A stretch of DNA of 64,000 nt from an uncultured delta proteobacterium (GCA_963761335.1 CAVXGR010000018.1:384001-448000); one strand, 5' to 3'; shown: positions 45,502 to 54,938, numbered from the stretch's first letter. The notes: generated from the letters alone by a model not told the origin. Made by a program: numbers and translations.

Positions 45502-46088
45502 TGGGCGCTCCCTTTGGAGCGCTGCGCCAGCTGCTGGCGAACCGCATCGAGAAAATCGTTCAGCGGGATGGCCTTGGCGAAATCACCGGGGCGGACCTCA
45601 CGCACCAGTGTCTGGCCGTCCAGCCGGGTCACCGGCAATCCCCCGGCGCTGTGGACGACCGGGCCGTCGGCGCCGTCCGCCACTTCCAGGGCGCCCTGAT
45701 TGAAGCCGACGATCGGACTGATCGCCGTGCCGTTGCGGGCGAAGATCACGTAGCGCTTGCCCGGCGTGAACACCGGCATGCCGGCGACCTCCTCGCGAAC
45801 GTCGCCGACCTCGCCGCCGCCGAAGCGCAGTGAGACCGCGCCGCTGCTGGTGCCATAGAGCGCCTGGACGTCGGTGAAGGTGACCTCCGTCTCGATGGCG
45901 CGTTGCTGCTCGTCGGCCCAGTGCGAGGCGACCCGGTCGACGGTGCCGACGAAGATCAGGTCGGCCTCATTGCACAGCGCGTTGAAATCCTTGGCGATCA
46001 CCGTGGTCGCCTGCGCGTGGCTGCCGATCAGCAGCAGCACCGCGACGGCGCCGAGTCGCAGCACCGTGGTCGAGGGGAATCGTCGCAT
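45498..46088 (-). CDS. Secreted hypothetical protein coupled to the matrixin
   Basis: Signal peptide AQA-TT, ADLIFVGTV and GG.VG....V.GMP.F..G motifs. Stop overlaps the matrixin start. Confidence 0.75.
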   Translation of the reverse strand: MRRFPSTTVLRLGAVAVLLLIGSHAQATTVIAKDFNALCNEADLIFVGTVDRVASHWADEQQRAIETEVTFTDVQALYGTSSGAVSLRFGGGEVGDVREEVAGMPVFTPGKRYVIFARNGTAISPIVGFNQGALEVADGADGPVVHSAGGLPVTRLDGQTLVREVRPGDFAKAIPLNDFLDAVRQQLAQRSKGSAQ

Positions 46089-46185
46089 TCGGGCAACCTC
46101 CAGCTCTCACTAGTAGAGAACGAGGCGAGCCGCGGCAAGCTCTCGCGGCGGCCTTTTGCGAGACGGCGCCGCCGCGGTGAGGGAA

Positions 46186-46536
46186 TCAGCGACCGGAGAC
46201 GTCGCGCAGGATGGCCTGCACGTGCTCGCGGAGAGATCCCGTGCGCGTGCCGTAGCGGCTGCGGGTGCTGAGGGCGACCTCCTTGCCGACGATGTCGGCG
46301 GTGATGAGGTCGGCAATGAACTGGCCGATGGCGCGCTGCATGAACTGGCGGCGGGCACGTTGCCGTGCCTCGCGCTGGCCGGGCGACAGGCCCTTCTCTC
46401 GGTGGCTCGGAAGGTGCTCTCCCATGGTCTGCGACAGCACTCGCCGCAGGCGCAGCTCCCAGCCGGGCGGCAGGGTCACCTGCCACTCGCCGTTCTGCCG
46501 ACCGGGCCGGACCTTAATGGGTTGCGGGCGAGCCAT
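46186..46536 (-). CDS. Hypothetical basic protein, 116 aa
   Basis: Fills the gap in a minus-strand run, has an AGGGG SD-like site and plausible codon usage. Confidence 0.55.
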   Translation of the reverse strand: MARPQPIKVRPGRQNGEWQVTLPPGWELRLRRVLSQTMGEHLPSHREKGLSPGQREARQRARRQFMQRAIGQFIADLITADIVGKEVALSTRSRYGTRTGSLREHVQAILRDVSGR

Positions 46537-46592
46537 CAGGGATTTCCCCTACCAGTCCGCGGGCACCTTGTCCACGAAATTCGGCGGGCACG

Positions 46593-47582
46593 TCAGGTGC
46601 CGCGCGGTTGCATGCCGGCGCGCCGATACACCTCGTCGATGACGCGCATGTTGGCAATGGCGTCGGCAGCGTCGGTCAGCGGTCGCTGGCCGCCGCGTAC
46701 CGCGGCGGCGAAGGCGCGCAGCTGGTGCGTGTAGGTCGCCTCGCCGCCGACCCGCTCGAAGCTGGATCCTGTGGCGCCGCGGATGCGGAGATAATGGAAG
46801 AGGTGCGGAGCCACCGGATTGAGCACGCGCATCTCCCCCTGAGAGCCGCGAACTCGGGCGCTGATGCGCACCAGGGCCGCTGACAGGAGAGAGCAGCTGA
46901 TGCGCCCCGTGACCTGGTCGCCGAAGCGGAGCTCGGCGGACATGGCACGGTCGACGCGCGGCGACATCAGGCGGGCACGGGCGGAGAGCACCTCCGGCTC
47001 GCCACCGGCGAGATGGCGGACCAGGCTGATGGCGTAGCAGCCGGTGTCCATGGTGGCGCCGCCGGCGAGGTCGTACTGGTAGCGGATGTCTTTGGGAAAG
47101 GGCAGGGGGATGCACATGTGGGCCTCGACGTGCTCGATGCGACCCAGCGAGCCGCTGTCGACGACGGCCTTCATGCGGGCGGCGAGCGGATGATAGCGGT
47201 AATGGAAGGCCTCCATCAGCAGCCGCCCGCTGCGCTCCGCCGCCTCCGCCATACGCTCGGCTTCGGCGGCGTTGGCGGCGAGCGGCTTCTCGCAGAGGAC
47301 ATGCTTCCCGGCCTCCAGGGCGCGAATCGTCCAGGGGGCGTGCAGGCTGTTGGGAAGCGGGTTGTAGACGGCGTCGATGTCCGGGTCGGCCAGCAGGGCG
47401 TCGTAGCTTTCATGGACGACGGCGATGTGGTGCTTGCCGGCGAACTTCCGCGCCCGCGCCGCGTCTCGCGCCGCCACTGCCGAGACGCTCACCTCGGGAA
47501 CGAATCGCGCCGGGCGCACCAGCGCCATGGGCGCGATTCGCGCCGCACCGAGTATCCCGATGCGAAGGGGCCGGGAGGGCAT
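46593..47582 (-). CDS. Gfo/Idh/MocA family oxidoreductase
   Basis: GILGAARIA, YNPLPNSLH, GKHVLCEKP and GGATMDTGCY motifs. Confidence 0.92.
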   Translation of the reverse strand: MPSRPLRIGILGAARIAPMALVRPARFVPEVSVSAVAARDAARARKFAGKHHIAVVHESYDALLADPDIDAVYNPLPNSLHAPWTIRALEAGKHVLCEKPLAANAAEAERMAEAAERSGRLLMEAFHYRYHPLAARMKAVVDSGSLGRIEHVEAHMCIPLPFPKDIRYQYDLAGGATMDTGCYAISLVRHLAGGEPEVLSARARLMSPRVDRAMSAELRFGDQVTGRISCSLLSAALVRISARVRGSQGEMRVLNPVAPHLFHYLRIRGATGSSFERVGGEATYTHQLRAFAAAVRGGQRPLTDAADAIANMRVIDEVYRRAGMQPRGT

Positions 47583-47626
47583 GCGCGCCGGCGGGGCACC
47601 CGGACCGCGGGCTTGCGTGCCCGCGA

Positions 47627-48736
47627 TCAGAGCTCGGCGGCTCTCCGCTCCGCCTCGGGCCGATGCTCCGCCAGCGTGGCGGCGTAGACCTCGGCGCGGC
47701 TCTCGTTGTAGATCTGTCGCAGCAGGGTCAGCCCCGGCCGCAGCTCACGCCGCGCCAGGGCGTGAATACAGCGTTGGATGCGCCGATTGAGCGGCGCCGG
47801 CATCCTCTCCTGCTCGGCGCGCACGACAACCTCGCCGTTGAGGAAATCGACGGCGGGCTCTCGCCCGCGCTCGATGGCCACCAGCATCGAGGAGCGCAGC
47901 CGGCGGAACTTGGCCCCGACCGCCAGCAACATGGCGTGCTTGGCAAGCAGGGAGGCCGAGCCTGCCTTGAGAACATCGGCCGGAGTGAGGGCCACCCAGT
48001 CGAGATCGATCGTCCCGGCGACCTTTTCGAGCTGTACGTCGCGCTCGCGCGCCACCGCCACGGCCTCGGTCATCGCCTCCAGAGCCAATCGCCGCACGAA
48101 GCGGTAACGCACCAGGGCTCCGAGGCGGTCGCCGCCAATGGTGCCGAGCGAGCTGATGGCGCAGTTGATCGCCAGCTTGCTCCAGCGGGCGCCGCGGAGG
48201 TTATGGGTGACGTCGACCTCGCCGATCGCATCGAGCAGCGAGCTCAGGACCGCGAGTCGGCGGTCGCCGACACCGTCCAGCCGGCCGATGACGAAGCCGC
48301 CGCCGGAGGTTCGATCGTAGACCCCCGGCTGCAGCATGGAGCCGCCCCAGGCGACGATGGCGCCGATGGTGCGCTCCGCGCCAGCAATCGGCGCGACGCG
48401 TTGCTCGCAGAGGCCGTTCTGAAAGCAGACGATAGCACCGTCGGGACGCAGACGGGGCAGGGCGGCTCGAGCCGCCTCCGCCACCTGCGGCGGCTGTGTC
48501 ACCAAGAAGACGAAATCGAACTGGCCCGCATCGGGGGGAATCTCGGTGAAGGCCGTGCCGGGGATGGTGCGAGAGGAGCCCTCATCTCGGATCTCGAAGC
48601 CGCGGGTGTTGATTGCGGCGGCGATCTCCGGGTTGTGCGTCACGGCCACGGTCTCGCAGCCGCGCTCGAACAGATTCCCGGCAATGATCCCGCCGATGCC
48701 ACCACAGCCCATCACCAGTACGCGCGTTCCTGCCAT
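47627..48736 (-). CDS. Ketopantoate reductase (PanE/ApbA) family protein
   Basis: GCGGIGG, FQNG, WSKLAIN, SSML.AIERGR and VDFLNG motifs. Confidence 0.85.
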   Translation of the reverse strand: MAGTRVLVMGCGGIGGIIAGNLFERGCETVAVTHNPEIAAAINTRGFEIRDEGSSRTIPGTAFTEIPPDAGQFDFVFLVTQPPQVAEAARAALPRLRPDGAIVCFQNGLCEQRVAPIAGAERTIGAIVAWGGSMLQPGVYDRTSGGGFVIGRLDGVGDRRLAVLSSLLDAIGEVDVTHNLRGARWSKLAINCAISSLGTIGGDRLGALVRYRFVRRLALEAMTEAVAVARERDVQLEKVAGTIDLDWVALTPADVLKAGSASLLAKHAMLLAVGAKFRRLRSSMLVAIERGREPAVDFLNGEVVVRAEQERMPAPLNRRIQRCIHALARRELRPGLTLLRQIYNESRAEVYAATLAEHRPEAERRAAEL

Positions 48737-48896
48737 TGTCAGCTGCTCCCGAAATGTCGCTGGTCGCGATAGGTGTTCATCATGCCGGTGAAGGCCGCGG
48801 GGCACAAGCCCGGTAGTCGCCGCGCGGAAGAGCGTGAAGAGCGTGAAGAGAAGGCGAATGTCTTGACTGGCGATGTGGGTACCCCATGATGGAGGG

Positions 48897-50075
48897 ATGA
48901 AGGGCAGGCTGCTGCGGTGGCATCGGGATTGCGCCCTGTTTCTCGGGCTGATTCTCGCTACCGCCGGAGGCGTTCATGCCTCCGGGGGGCTCCCGCTCGA
49001 CGAGATCAAGCTGCCGCAGGGGTTCCACATCGCCGTCTACACCGCCGATGTGCCCAATGCGCGCTCGATGACGCTCGGAACGAAGGGCACGCTGTTCGTC
49101 GGTACCGGCAGCGAGGGCAAGGTGTACGCGGTCGTGGATAGCAACCGCGACGGCAAGGCGGACGAGGTGATCACGATCGCCAGCGGTCTGAGCATGCCCA
49201 ACGGTGTCGCCGTCCGCAACGGTGCGCTCTACGTCGCCGAGGTCAACCGGGTGATTCGTTACGACGACATCGAGGCGAGGTTGAAGGACCCGCCCAAGCC
49301 GGTGGTGGTGAACGACTCCTTTCCCAGCGAGACGCACCACGGCTGGAAGTTCATCGCCTTCGGCCCCGATGAGCAGTTGTACGTTCCCGTCGGGGCGCCC
49401 TGCAACGTCTGCGGAGTCAAGGATCCGTTCGCCAGCATCATGCGCATGCAGCCGGACGGCAGCAATCTCGAGGTCTACGCCCGGGGGGTGCGCAACACGG
49501 TCGGCTTCGATTGGGATCCGCGGACACACGATCTGTGGTTCACCGACAACGGCCGCGACTGGCTGGGCGACAACCTGCCGCCCGACGAGCTCAACCATGC
49601 GCCGCGCGCCGGGATGAACTTCGGATTCCCCCACTGCCACGGCATGGACATTCTGGATCCGGACTTCGGCAAGGGGTACTCGTGCAGCGAGTTCACGCCG
49701 CCGGCGTTGCCGCTCGGACCGCACGTTGCTGCCCTCGGCATGCGGTTTTACACCGGCTCCATGTTCCCCCCGGAGTACCGCAACCGCATCTTCATCGCCG
49801 AGCACGGCTCCTGGAATCGCAGCACGCCGATCGGCTACCGCGTGATGCTGGTGCGACTCGGGAAAGAGGATCGCGGCTCGCCGTTGACCGTGTTTGCGCA
49901 GGGTTGGCTGCAGGATACTCATCATTGGGGTCGCCCAGTCGACGTGCAGGTGATGCCGGACGGCGCCCTGCTGGTCTCCGACGACGAAGCGGGAGCGATT
50001 TACCGCATCATTTACAACGGCGGAGAGGTTCCGGTGCCGTCTCCCGCGGAGACGCGTCCGCCTGGCGCACCATGA
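48897..50075 (+). CDS. Secreted PQQ-dependent sugar/sorbosone dehydrogenase family protein (beta-propeller)
   Basis: HHGWK.IAFGPD, GAPCNVC, GVRNTVG, DNGRD, EHGSWNR and GRPVDV motifs. Confidence 0.88.
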   Translation: MKGRLLRWHRDCALFLGLILATAGGVHASGGLPLDEIKLPQGFHIAVYTADVPNARSMTLGTKGTLFVGTGSEGKVYAVVDSNRDGKADEVITIASGLSMPNGVAVRNGALYVAEVNRVIRYDDIEARLKDPPKPVVVNDSFPSETHHGWKFIAFGPDEQLYVPVGAPCNVCGVKDPFASIMRMQPDGSNLEVYARGVRNTVGFDWDPRTHDLWFTDNGRDWLGDNLPPDELNHAPRAGMNFGFPHCHGMDILDPDFGKGYSCSEFTPPALPLGPHVAALGMRFYTGSMFPPEYRNRIFIAEHGSWNRSTPIGYRVMLVRLGKEDRGSPLTVFAQGWLQDTHHWGRPVDVQVMPDGALLVSDDEAGAIYRIIYNGGEVPVPSPAETRPPGAP

Positions 50076-51409
50076 CGGCGATGCGGTCATGGTGGCGGCG
50101 ACCGGCCGCAGAAACGGAGGGCGGCGGGCGCCGTCGAGTTGTGATCGTCGGCGGCGGCTTCGGCGGCCTCTACGCAGCCCAGGCCCTGAAGGGTGCCGCG
50201 GTCGAGGTGACCCTGGTCGACCGGCGGAATTTCCATCTCTTCCAGCCGCTCTTGTATCAGGTCGCCACCGGCGGCCTGTCTCCCGGCGACATTGCTTCGC
50301 CGCTGCGACACGTGTTGAAGCGGCAGTCGAACGCCCGGGTGCTGCTCGCCGAGGTCACTGGCTTGGACGTCGAGGCGCGGCAGGTCCGCTGCAGCGATGG
50401 CGAGCCATTGCCGTACGACTTCCTGGTGCTGGCGACGGGTGCCCGGCATCACTACTTCGGCCACGGGGAATGGGAGGCGCTGGCTCCCGGATTGAAGACG
50501 ATCGAGGACGCCACCGAGGTCCGCCGCCGCATCTTCCTCGCCTTCGAGGCCGCCGAGCGGGAGCCGGACCCGGAGCGCCGTCGCGCCTGGTTGAACTTCG
50601 TGATCGTCGGCGGCGGTCCCACCGGGGTGGAGCTTGCGGGCGCGGTCGCCGAGATCGCGCGGCACACTCTGAAGGGGGACTTTCGCCGCATCGATCCGCG
50701 CGAGGCGCACATCATCCTTCTCGAGGGCATGGATCGGGTACTGCTGGCCTATCCCGCCGAGCTTTCCGAGAGGGCGGCCGCTTCGTTGCGGCATATCGGT
50801 GTCACCGTGCGAACCGGGGCGGTGGTCACCGATATGAATGCGGAAGGCGTGGTGGTGCGCGCCGGCGATCGCATTGAGCGGATCGAGACGCGGACCTTGC
50901 TGTGGGCGGCGGGGGTGCAGGCCTCTGCTCTCGGTCGGGTGTTGGCGGAGGCGACCGGCGTTGCTCTCGACCGTGCCGGACGCGTGATGGTCGAGCCCGA
51001 CCTGAGCATCCCGGGACATCCCGAGGTGCTCGTCGTCGGCGATCTCGCTCACAGCTCGCAGCCGACGGGCCAACCCCTTCCCGGAGTGGCCCAGGTGGCG
51101 ATGCAGGAAGGGCGATACGCCGCCGATCTTATCCGCCGGCGTCTGCGCGGGAATCCCGTCGAGCCGTTTCGCTACCGCGACCTCGGCAGCATGGCCACCA
51201 TTGGCCGCTTCGCTGCCGTGGCCGACATCGGCGGCCTGCACTTCGGTGGCCCGCTCGCCTGGCTGGCTTGGCTCTTCATCCACCTGATGTATCTGGTGGA
51301 GTTCGACAATCGGCTCCTGGTGCTCACCCAGTGGGCCTGGAACTACCTGACCTGGAATCGCGGGGCTCGTCTGATCACCGGAGAGAACCCGCTGCCGATT
51401 CGGCGTTGA
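50072..51409 (+). CDS. ndh: Type II NADH dehydrogenase
   Basis: GGGFGG, FQPLLYQVAT, GGGPTGVELAG, AQVAMQEG and GSMATIG motifs. Confidence 0.92.
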   Translation: MTAMRSWWRRPAAETEGGGRRRVVIVGGGFGGLYAAQALKGAAVEVTLVDRRNFHLFQPLLYQVATGGLSPGDIASPLRHVLKRQSNARVLLAEVTGLDVEARQVRCSDGEPLPYDFLVLATGARHHYFGHGEWEALAPGLKTIEDATEVRRRIFLAFEAAEREPDPERRRAWLNFVIVGGGPTGVELAGAVAEIARHTLKGDFRRIDPREAHIILLEGMDRVLLAYPAELSERAAASLRHIGVTVRTGAVVTDMNAEGVVVRAGDRIERIETRTLLWAAGVQASALGRVLAEATGVALDRAGRVMVEPDLSIPGHPEVLVVGDLAHSSQPTGQPLPGVAQVAMQEGRYAADLIRRRLRGNPVEPFRYRDLGSMATIGRFAAVADIGGLHFGGPLAWLAWLFIHLMYLVEFDNRLLVLTQWAWNYLTWNRGARLITGENPLPIRR

Positions 51410-51429
51410 GGCCCTCCGCCGGGGAGAAA

Positions 51430-51464
51430 AGGCCCTCTCCCCGCGCCGCGCGAGGAGAGGGCCT
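51430..51464. terminator. Hairpin between convergent ndh and encapsulin
   Basis: aggccctctcc...ggagagggcct. Confidence 0.55.
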
Positions 51465-51467
51465 CCG

Positions 51468-52289
51468 TCACTTGGCCTTGCCGGCCGGTTGCAGGTAGAT
51501 GGCGGCAGCGGGCTCGAGGATGCGGAAGGTGAAGGACTCGGTCAGATAGAGCTCCACTTTCTCGCGGTCGTGGGAGACATAGCCGATGGAGACGTCCTGC
51601 CCGACGGTGAGCTCGAAGTCGCCGCCGCGCGTCGACATGAGGACGGCGCCCTCGATGGAGGGAGCGCGGACGACCGGCCCGTCGATGATCTGTCGATCGA
51701 TGCGCTTGCGAATCGGGTATCCATCCTCGGTGGCTTGGGAGATCTCCTTGTAGCACCGGCTGCTGAGAACGAGAGCAAATGGCCCGTCGATGCCGGCCTC
51801 CTCGAGAACCTCGCGGGCCTCGACGATGACGTTCGGATACTTCTCGGGAGTCGGAATCGTCAGAGGCTTGTGGGGACTGGCCTCGATGATGCCGGTGATG
51901 CCGCCTTCCTTGTAGCCGTGGAAGATGGCTCTGTCCTCGACACGCGCGGTTCTCTCCGCGGCCTCGACGACGGCCTCGAGCTCGATGGCGCTGGCACCGC
52001 GCGGCACGGTGTCGAGCTCCATGATGTCGAGCCGAAAGGGGACGCGCATCTCCACCAGCCGCTGCACGGTGCGGAGGCCAACGGAAACCCCCGGGACGGG
52101 GTGGCTCTTGAGGATATCGAGCCGCCCGGTATTGACCGCCCCCAGCGTCCAGCCGTGCGGCCCGGCGAAGTCGACGACCTTGCGCCCCGCCAAGTTGAGG
52201 TTGAGAACGCGCCGGGCCTCCTGCTCGACCATCTCCCAGGCATCCGGCGTGATCGGCGCCAGCTCCCGTTTCAGCAAGTCCATCTTCAC
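51468..52289 (-). CDS. Family 1 encapsulin shell protein (Linocin M18-like)
   Basis: MDLLKRELAPI, GRKVVDF.GPHG, EDRAIFHG, RGGDFEL.VGQD.SIGY and ESFTF motifs. Confidence 0.95.
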   Translation of the reverse strand: MKMDLLKRELAPITPDAWEMVEQEARRVLNLNLAGRKVVDFAGPHGWTLGAVNTGRLDILKSHPVPGVSVGLRTVQRLVEMRVPFRLDIMELDTVPRGASAIELEAVVEAAERTARVEDRAIFHGYKEGGITGIIEASPHKPLTIPTPEKYPNVIVEAREVLEEAGIDGPFALVLSSRCYKEISQATEDGYPIRKRIDRQIIDGPVVRAPSIEGAVLMSTRGGDFELTVGQDVSIGYVSHDREKVELYLTESFTFRILEPAAAIYLQPAGKAK

Positions 52290-52672
52290 TCCTTCCCCTT
52301 GAGACTGCCCACGGCCAGCGAGCCGGATCGGCTCGAGAGAGCGACGCCTTCCGCGCCTGCGGAACCGCCCGCCGTGGCGCGCTGCTCGGCCTCTGTGATT
52401 GGCCCCTCAGTGAACAGGTAGATGCGCAGCTCGTGGTCGAACTTCGGGCTGTGGCGTCGGATCCACTCGAGCATCATGCAGGCGTGCTCGATCTCCTCGT
52501 TCATGTTGTGCAGCAGGTTGTCCTTCAGCTCGTCATCCGTAGTTGCATCGGCTCGCTGCTGGTACCAGTCGATCGCCTCCAGCTCTTCCTTCAGCGAGGT
52601 GATGGCGCGATGCATGTTCACGGTTCCCGGTGAAAGCAGGTCCAGCGACTCGTGATATCCTTCGCTACTCAT
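52286..52672 (-). CDS. Encapsulated ferritin-like protein (EncFtn) with cargo-loading peptide
   Basis: HRAI.SL.EELEAIDWYQQR, HN.NEE.EH..M.LEWIRR and C-terminal GSLAVGSLK. Confidence 0.93.
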   Translation of the reverse strand: MSSEGYHESLDLLSPGTVNMHRAITSLKEELEAIDWYQQRADATTDDELKDNLLHNMNEEIEHACMMLEWIRRHSPKFDHELRIYLFTEGPITEAEQRATAGGSAGAEGVALSSRSGSLAVGSLKGKE

Positions 52673-52847
52673 CTCGTCCTCCCAATACTCATCTGGTCAT
52701 CCCAACGTCCAGGCGCCTCCGTTGAACGCAATCCGGCCAGGGAATAGCGGTTCTGCGCCCTGGAAAGCCGTCTGTGTTCACGGACCGCTAGACATCCAAG
52801 TTACCGAGGCGCTGCCTTGCTGACAAGTCCCGCGGCAGAGGCAATCG

Positions 52848-52887
52848 CAAAAGGAAACGGCCCCCTCCTCGTTCGAGGAGGGGGCCG
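52848..52887 (-). terminator. Intrinsic terminator of the OmpA gene
   Basis: Perfect 13-bp stem cggccccctcctc/gaggagggggccg followed by a U-rich tract on the minus strand. Confidence 0.8.
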
Positions 52888-52917
52888 CTGCTGAGGGAAT
52901 TGGGCGAGTGGTGGTGC

Positions 52918-53952
52918 TTACTGGACGTGCAGCTCGACCCGGCGGTTCTGCTGCCGGCCTTCTGCCGTCTCGTTGCTGGCCACCGGATGTGTCTCACCGT
53001 AGCCCTTGGTGGTGATCCGGCTCGGGGAGATGCCGTGCTTCACCAGGTACTCACGTACGGACTTGGCGCGGCGATCCGAGAGCTTCTGGTTGTAGGCGTC
53101 GGTGCCGACGCTGTCGGTGTAGCCCTCGACGACGATGTCGACGCTGCCTTCCTGCTTCAGGGTGTTGATCGCCTCGTTCAGCACCGGAAGAGCATCGGAT
53201 CGCAGGGTCGCCTTGTCGAAGTCGAAGTGCACGCTGCGCAGCACGATCTTCTTCTTCGTCGGGGGCGGCGGAGGAGGTGGAGGCGGCGGCGGAGCCTGCG
53301 CCACGCGCGGCGGTGGAGGCGGCGGTGCCGGGTGTCCGAAGCTGCCCTTGAGGGAGAGACCGACGGTGACCCAGCGGGCATCCGACGGCCCCTGGTCCGC
53401 GGCGACCTGGTTCGTCAGGATGAACGGCCGCGGAGCGATGTAGGCGTGGTTGAAGCGGCCGAAGGCGCCAATCGAGAAGTTGTCCGTCGCATAGATGTCG
53501 AGGCCGCCGCCGAGCGAGAAACCCGGCCCGCCGCGACCGTCTAGGCGCCCGCTGACGCCCTGGAAGCCGCCGCCCTGGGCGGTGATGTAGAGAGCCGCCA
53601 TTTCGCCCAAGGGAATGTCGAGACGCGGTCCGCCGGTGGCCCCGAGTACGCTGGTCCACTGATTCTCGTTGTTGAACCCGATGTACTGTGCGGCGCGGTG
53701 GTCATTGTCCGGGCTCTGAAACGTGAAGTGGCCCTGCACCATCAACCCGAGATACTTGTTGAACATGTACCCGGCGAAGGGGTTGGCGGTGAAGCCGCTC
53801 TGCACGTGGGCGCGGTAGTTGTCGTTCTGAGGTGTGGAGTACCCGAGGTCGACTCCGAGAAACGGCCCCTCTTGCGGTCCCGCCTGAGCGGCGGGCACGG
53901 CCAAAATGAACCCCAGGCACAACGAAGCTAGGACTGAACCCACTCGGTGCAT
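52918..53952 (-). CDS. OmpA family protein (beta-barrel, poly-Pro linker, peptidoglycan-binding domain)
   Basis: VHFDFDK, EGYTDSVG..YNQKLS.RRA and NRRVE motifs. Alternative start at 54003. Confidence 0.93.
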   Translation of the reverse strand: MHRVGSVLASLCLGFILAVPAAQAGPQEGPFLGVDLGYSTPQNDNYRAHVQSGFTANPFAGYMFNKYLGLMVQGHFTFQSPDNDHRAAQYIGFNNENQWTSVLGATGGPRLDIPLGEMAALYITAQGGGFQGVSGRLDGRGGPGFSLGGGLDIYATDNFSIGAFGRFNHAYIAPRPFILTNQVAADQGPSDARWVTVGLSLKGSFGHPAPPPPPPRVAQAPPPPPPPPPPPTKKKIVLRSVHFDFDKATLRSDALPVLNEAINTLKQEGSVDIVVEGYTDSVGTDAYNQKLSDRRAKSVREYLVKHGISPSRITTKGYGETHPVASNETAEGRQQNRRVELHVQ

Positions 53953-54270
53953 TCGTTGACTCCTCCTTTCCTTGCGGATGTCCGTACGAGAAACAGGATA
54001 CATCGGCGTTACCTCCTCAACAGTCGCGAATCGCGAGACAGGCGGTCTCGGTCATCTCATTCTTCCGACCCGGGGCGATCGTCTGCCCGTCGTGTAGAGG
54101 GGATGCCCCATACGAGCCTCCACCCTTCTTCATTCTGGCTCTCCCCATAGCGCTATTATGACATCTTCGCGTCTGTTTCAAGATGACATCGGCGTCTAGG
54201 TAAAAAACTCGAGACACCCCTCGCTACGTCGATTGTTTGACGTGAGCCAGCCCTGCCGGCCGTTCCTGTT

Positions 54271-54286
54271 CGCAAGCGCCATGCCA
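54271..54286 (-). promoter_or_regulatory. Putative sigma54 promoter facing the OmpA gene
   Basis: Minus strand reads TGGCATGGCGCTTGCG, matching TGGCA-N6-TTGC with correct GG/GC spacing. Confidence 0.55.
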
Positions 54287-54639
54287 TCTCATCCGCTGTT
54301 CCAGGATCTCGCTCGAAGCCTGCGGAATTGATGATCTTCGGAATCTGCGATCGCCTTTTCCCCTGTCGTGCATGTAAGGGCTACAGAATTCTGCCTGTCG
54401 GGCGATAGAGGGCCATGGATAGGGAGGCCCCGCGGCTGCGAAGCCAGTGCGCCTTCCCCTGGAGACCCCGGAAGAGCGGTGTGGTTCGCGGGATCCCTTG
54501 TTGGCATTGAGAAGCTGGGGAAAGTCGGCGTCTTGGGGAGTGCGGAAGCCGATCTTCGCCCGTGTAAAACTTTCTGGCGACCATGAGCGGCCCGTGTCGG
54601 GGACGGCGCTGCGCCGTGCGGCCATGCATTTCCCATGGT

Positions 54640-54655
54640 TGGCACGCTTTCGGCT
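54640..54655 (+). promoter_or_regulatory. Putative sigma54 promoter for DUF1328
   Basis: TGGCACGCTTTCGGCT has correct GG...GC spacing but an imperfect -12 box. Confidence 0.4.
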
Positions 54656-54696
54656 CCTGCTCGGGTCACCACGGTTGATCGGAAAGGAGGGTAGCC

Positions 54697-54867
54697 ATGC
54701 TTAGCTGGGCACTTACGTTCTTCATCATCGCGCTGATTGCGGCGCTTCTCGGGTTCGGTGGGGTCGCCGGACTGTCCGCCAACATCGGCTGGTTGTTTGC
54801 CGTACTGGCGGTGATCTTCCTGATCGTAGCGATGGTTACCGGAAGAGGTGGCCGAGCAGTACCGTAG
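54697..54867 (+). CDS. DUF1328 / UPF0391 (YtjA-like) small membrane protein, 56 aa; not in the ORF track
   Basis: AGGAGG SD. MLSWALTFFIIALIAALLGFGGVAGLSANIGWLF... matches the family pattern. Confidence 0.9.
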   Translation: MLSWALTFFIIALIAALLGFGGVAGLSANIGWLFAVLAVIFLIVAMVTGRGGRAVP

Positions 54868-54910
54868 ACGGAGGCGCCCGCATCGTACGGGCACGCGCTC
54901 TACGTCAGGG

Positions 54911-54938
54911 CCGCCCGGTCGCGAGAGCGACCGGGCGG
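54911..54938. terminator. Hairpin between convergent DUF1328 and sdhB
   Basis: Perfect 12-bp stem ccgcccggtcgc/gcgaccgggcgg with a GAGA loop. Confidence 0.65.

Noticed and set aside
53262..53335. GGC/GGA-rich low-complexity repeat
   Set aside because: It encodes the ordinary poly-proline linker of OmpA.
54017..54894. Several 60-200-aa ORFs in the OmpA-DUF1328 gap
   Set aside because: They overlap each other and lack motifs or typical codon usage. Only DUF1328 is credible.
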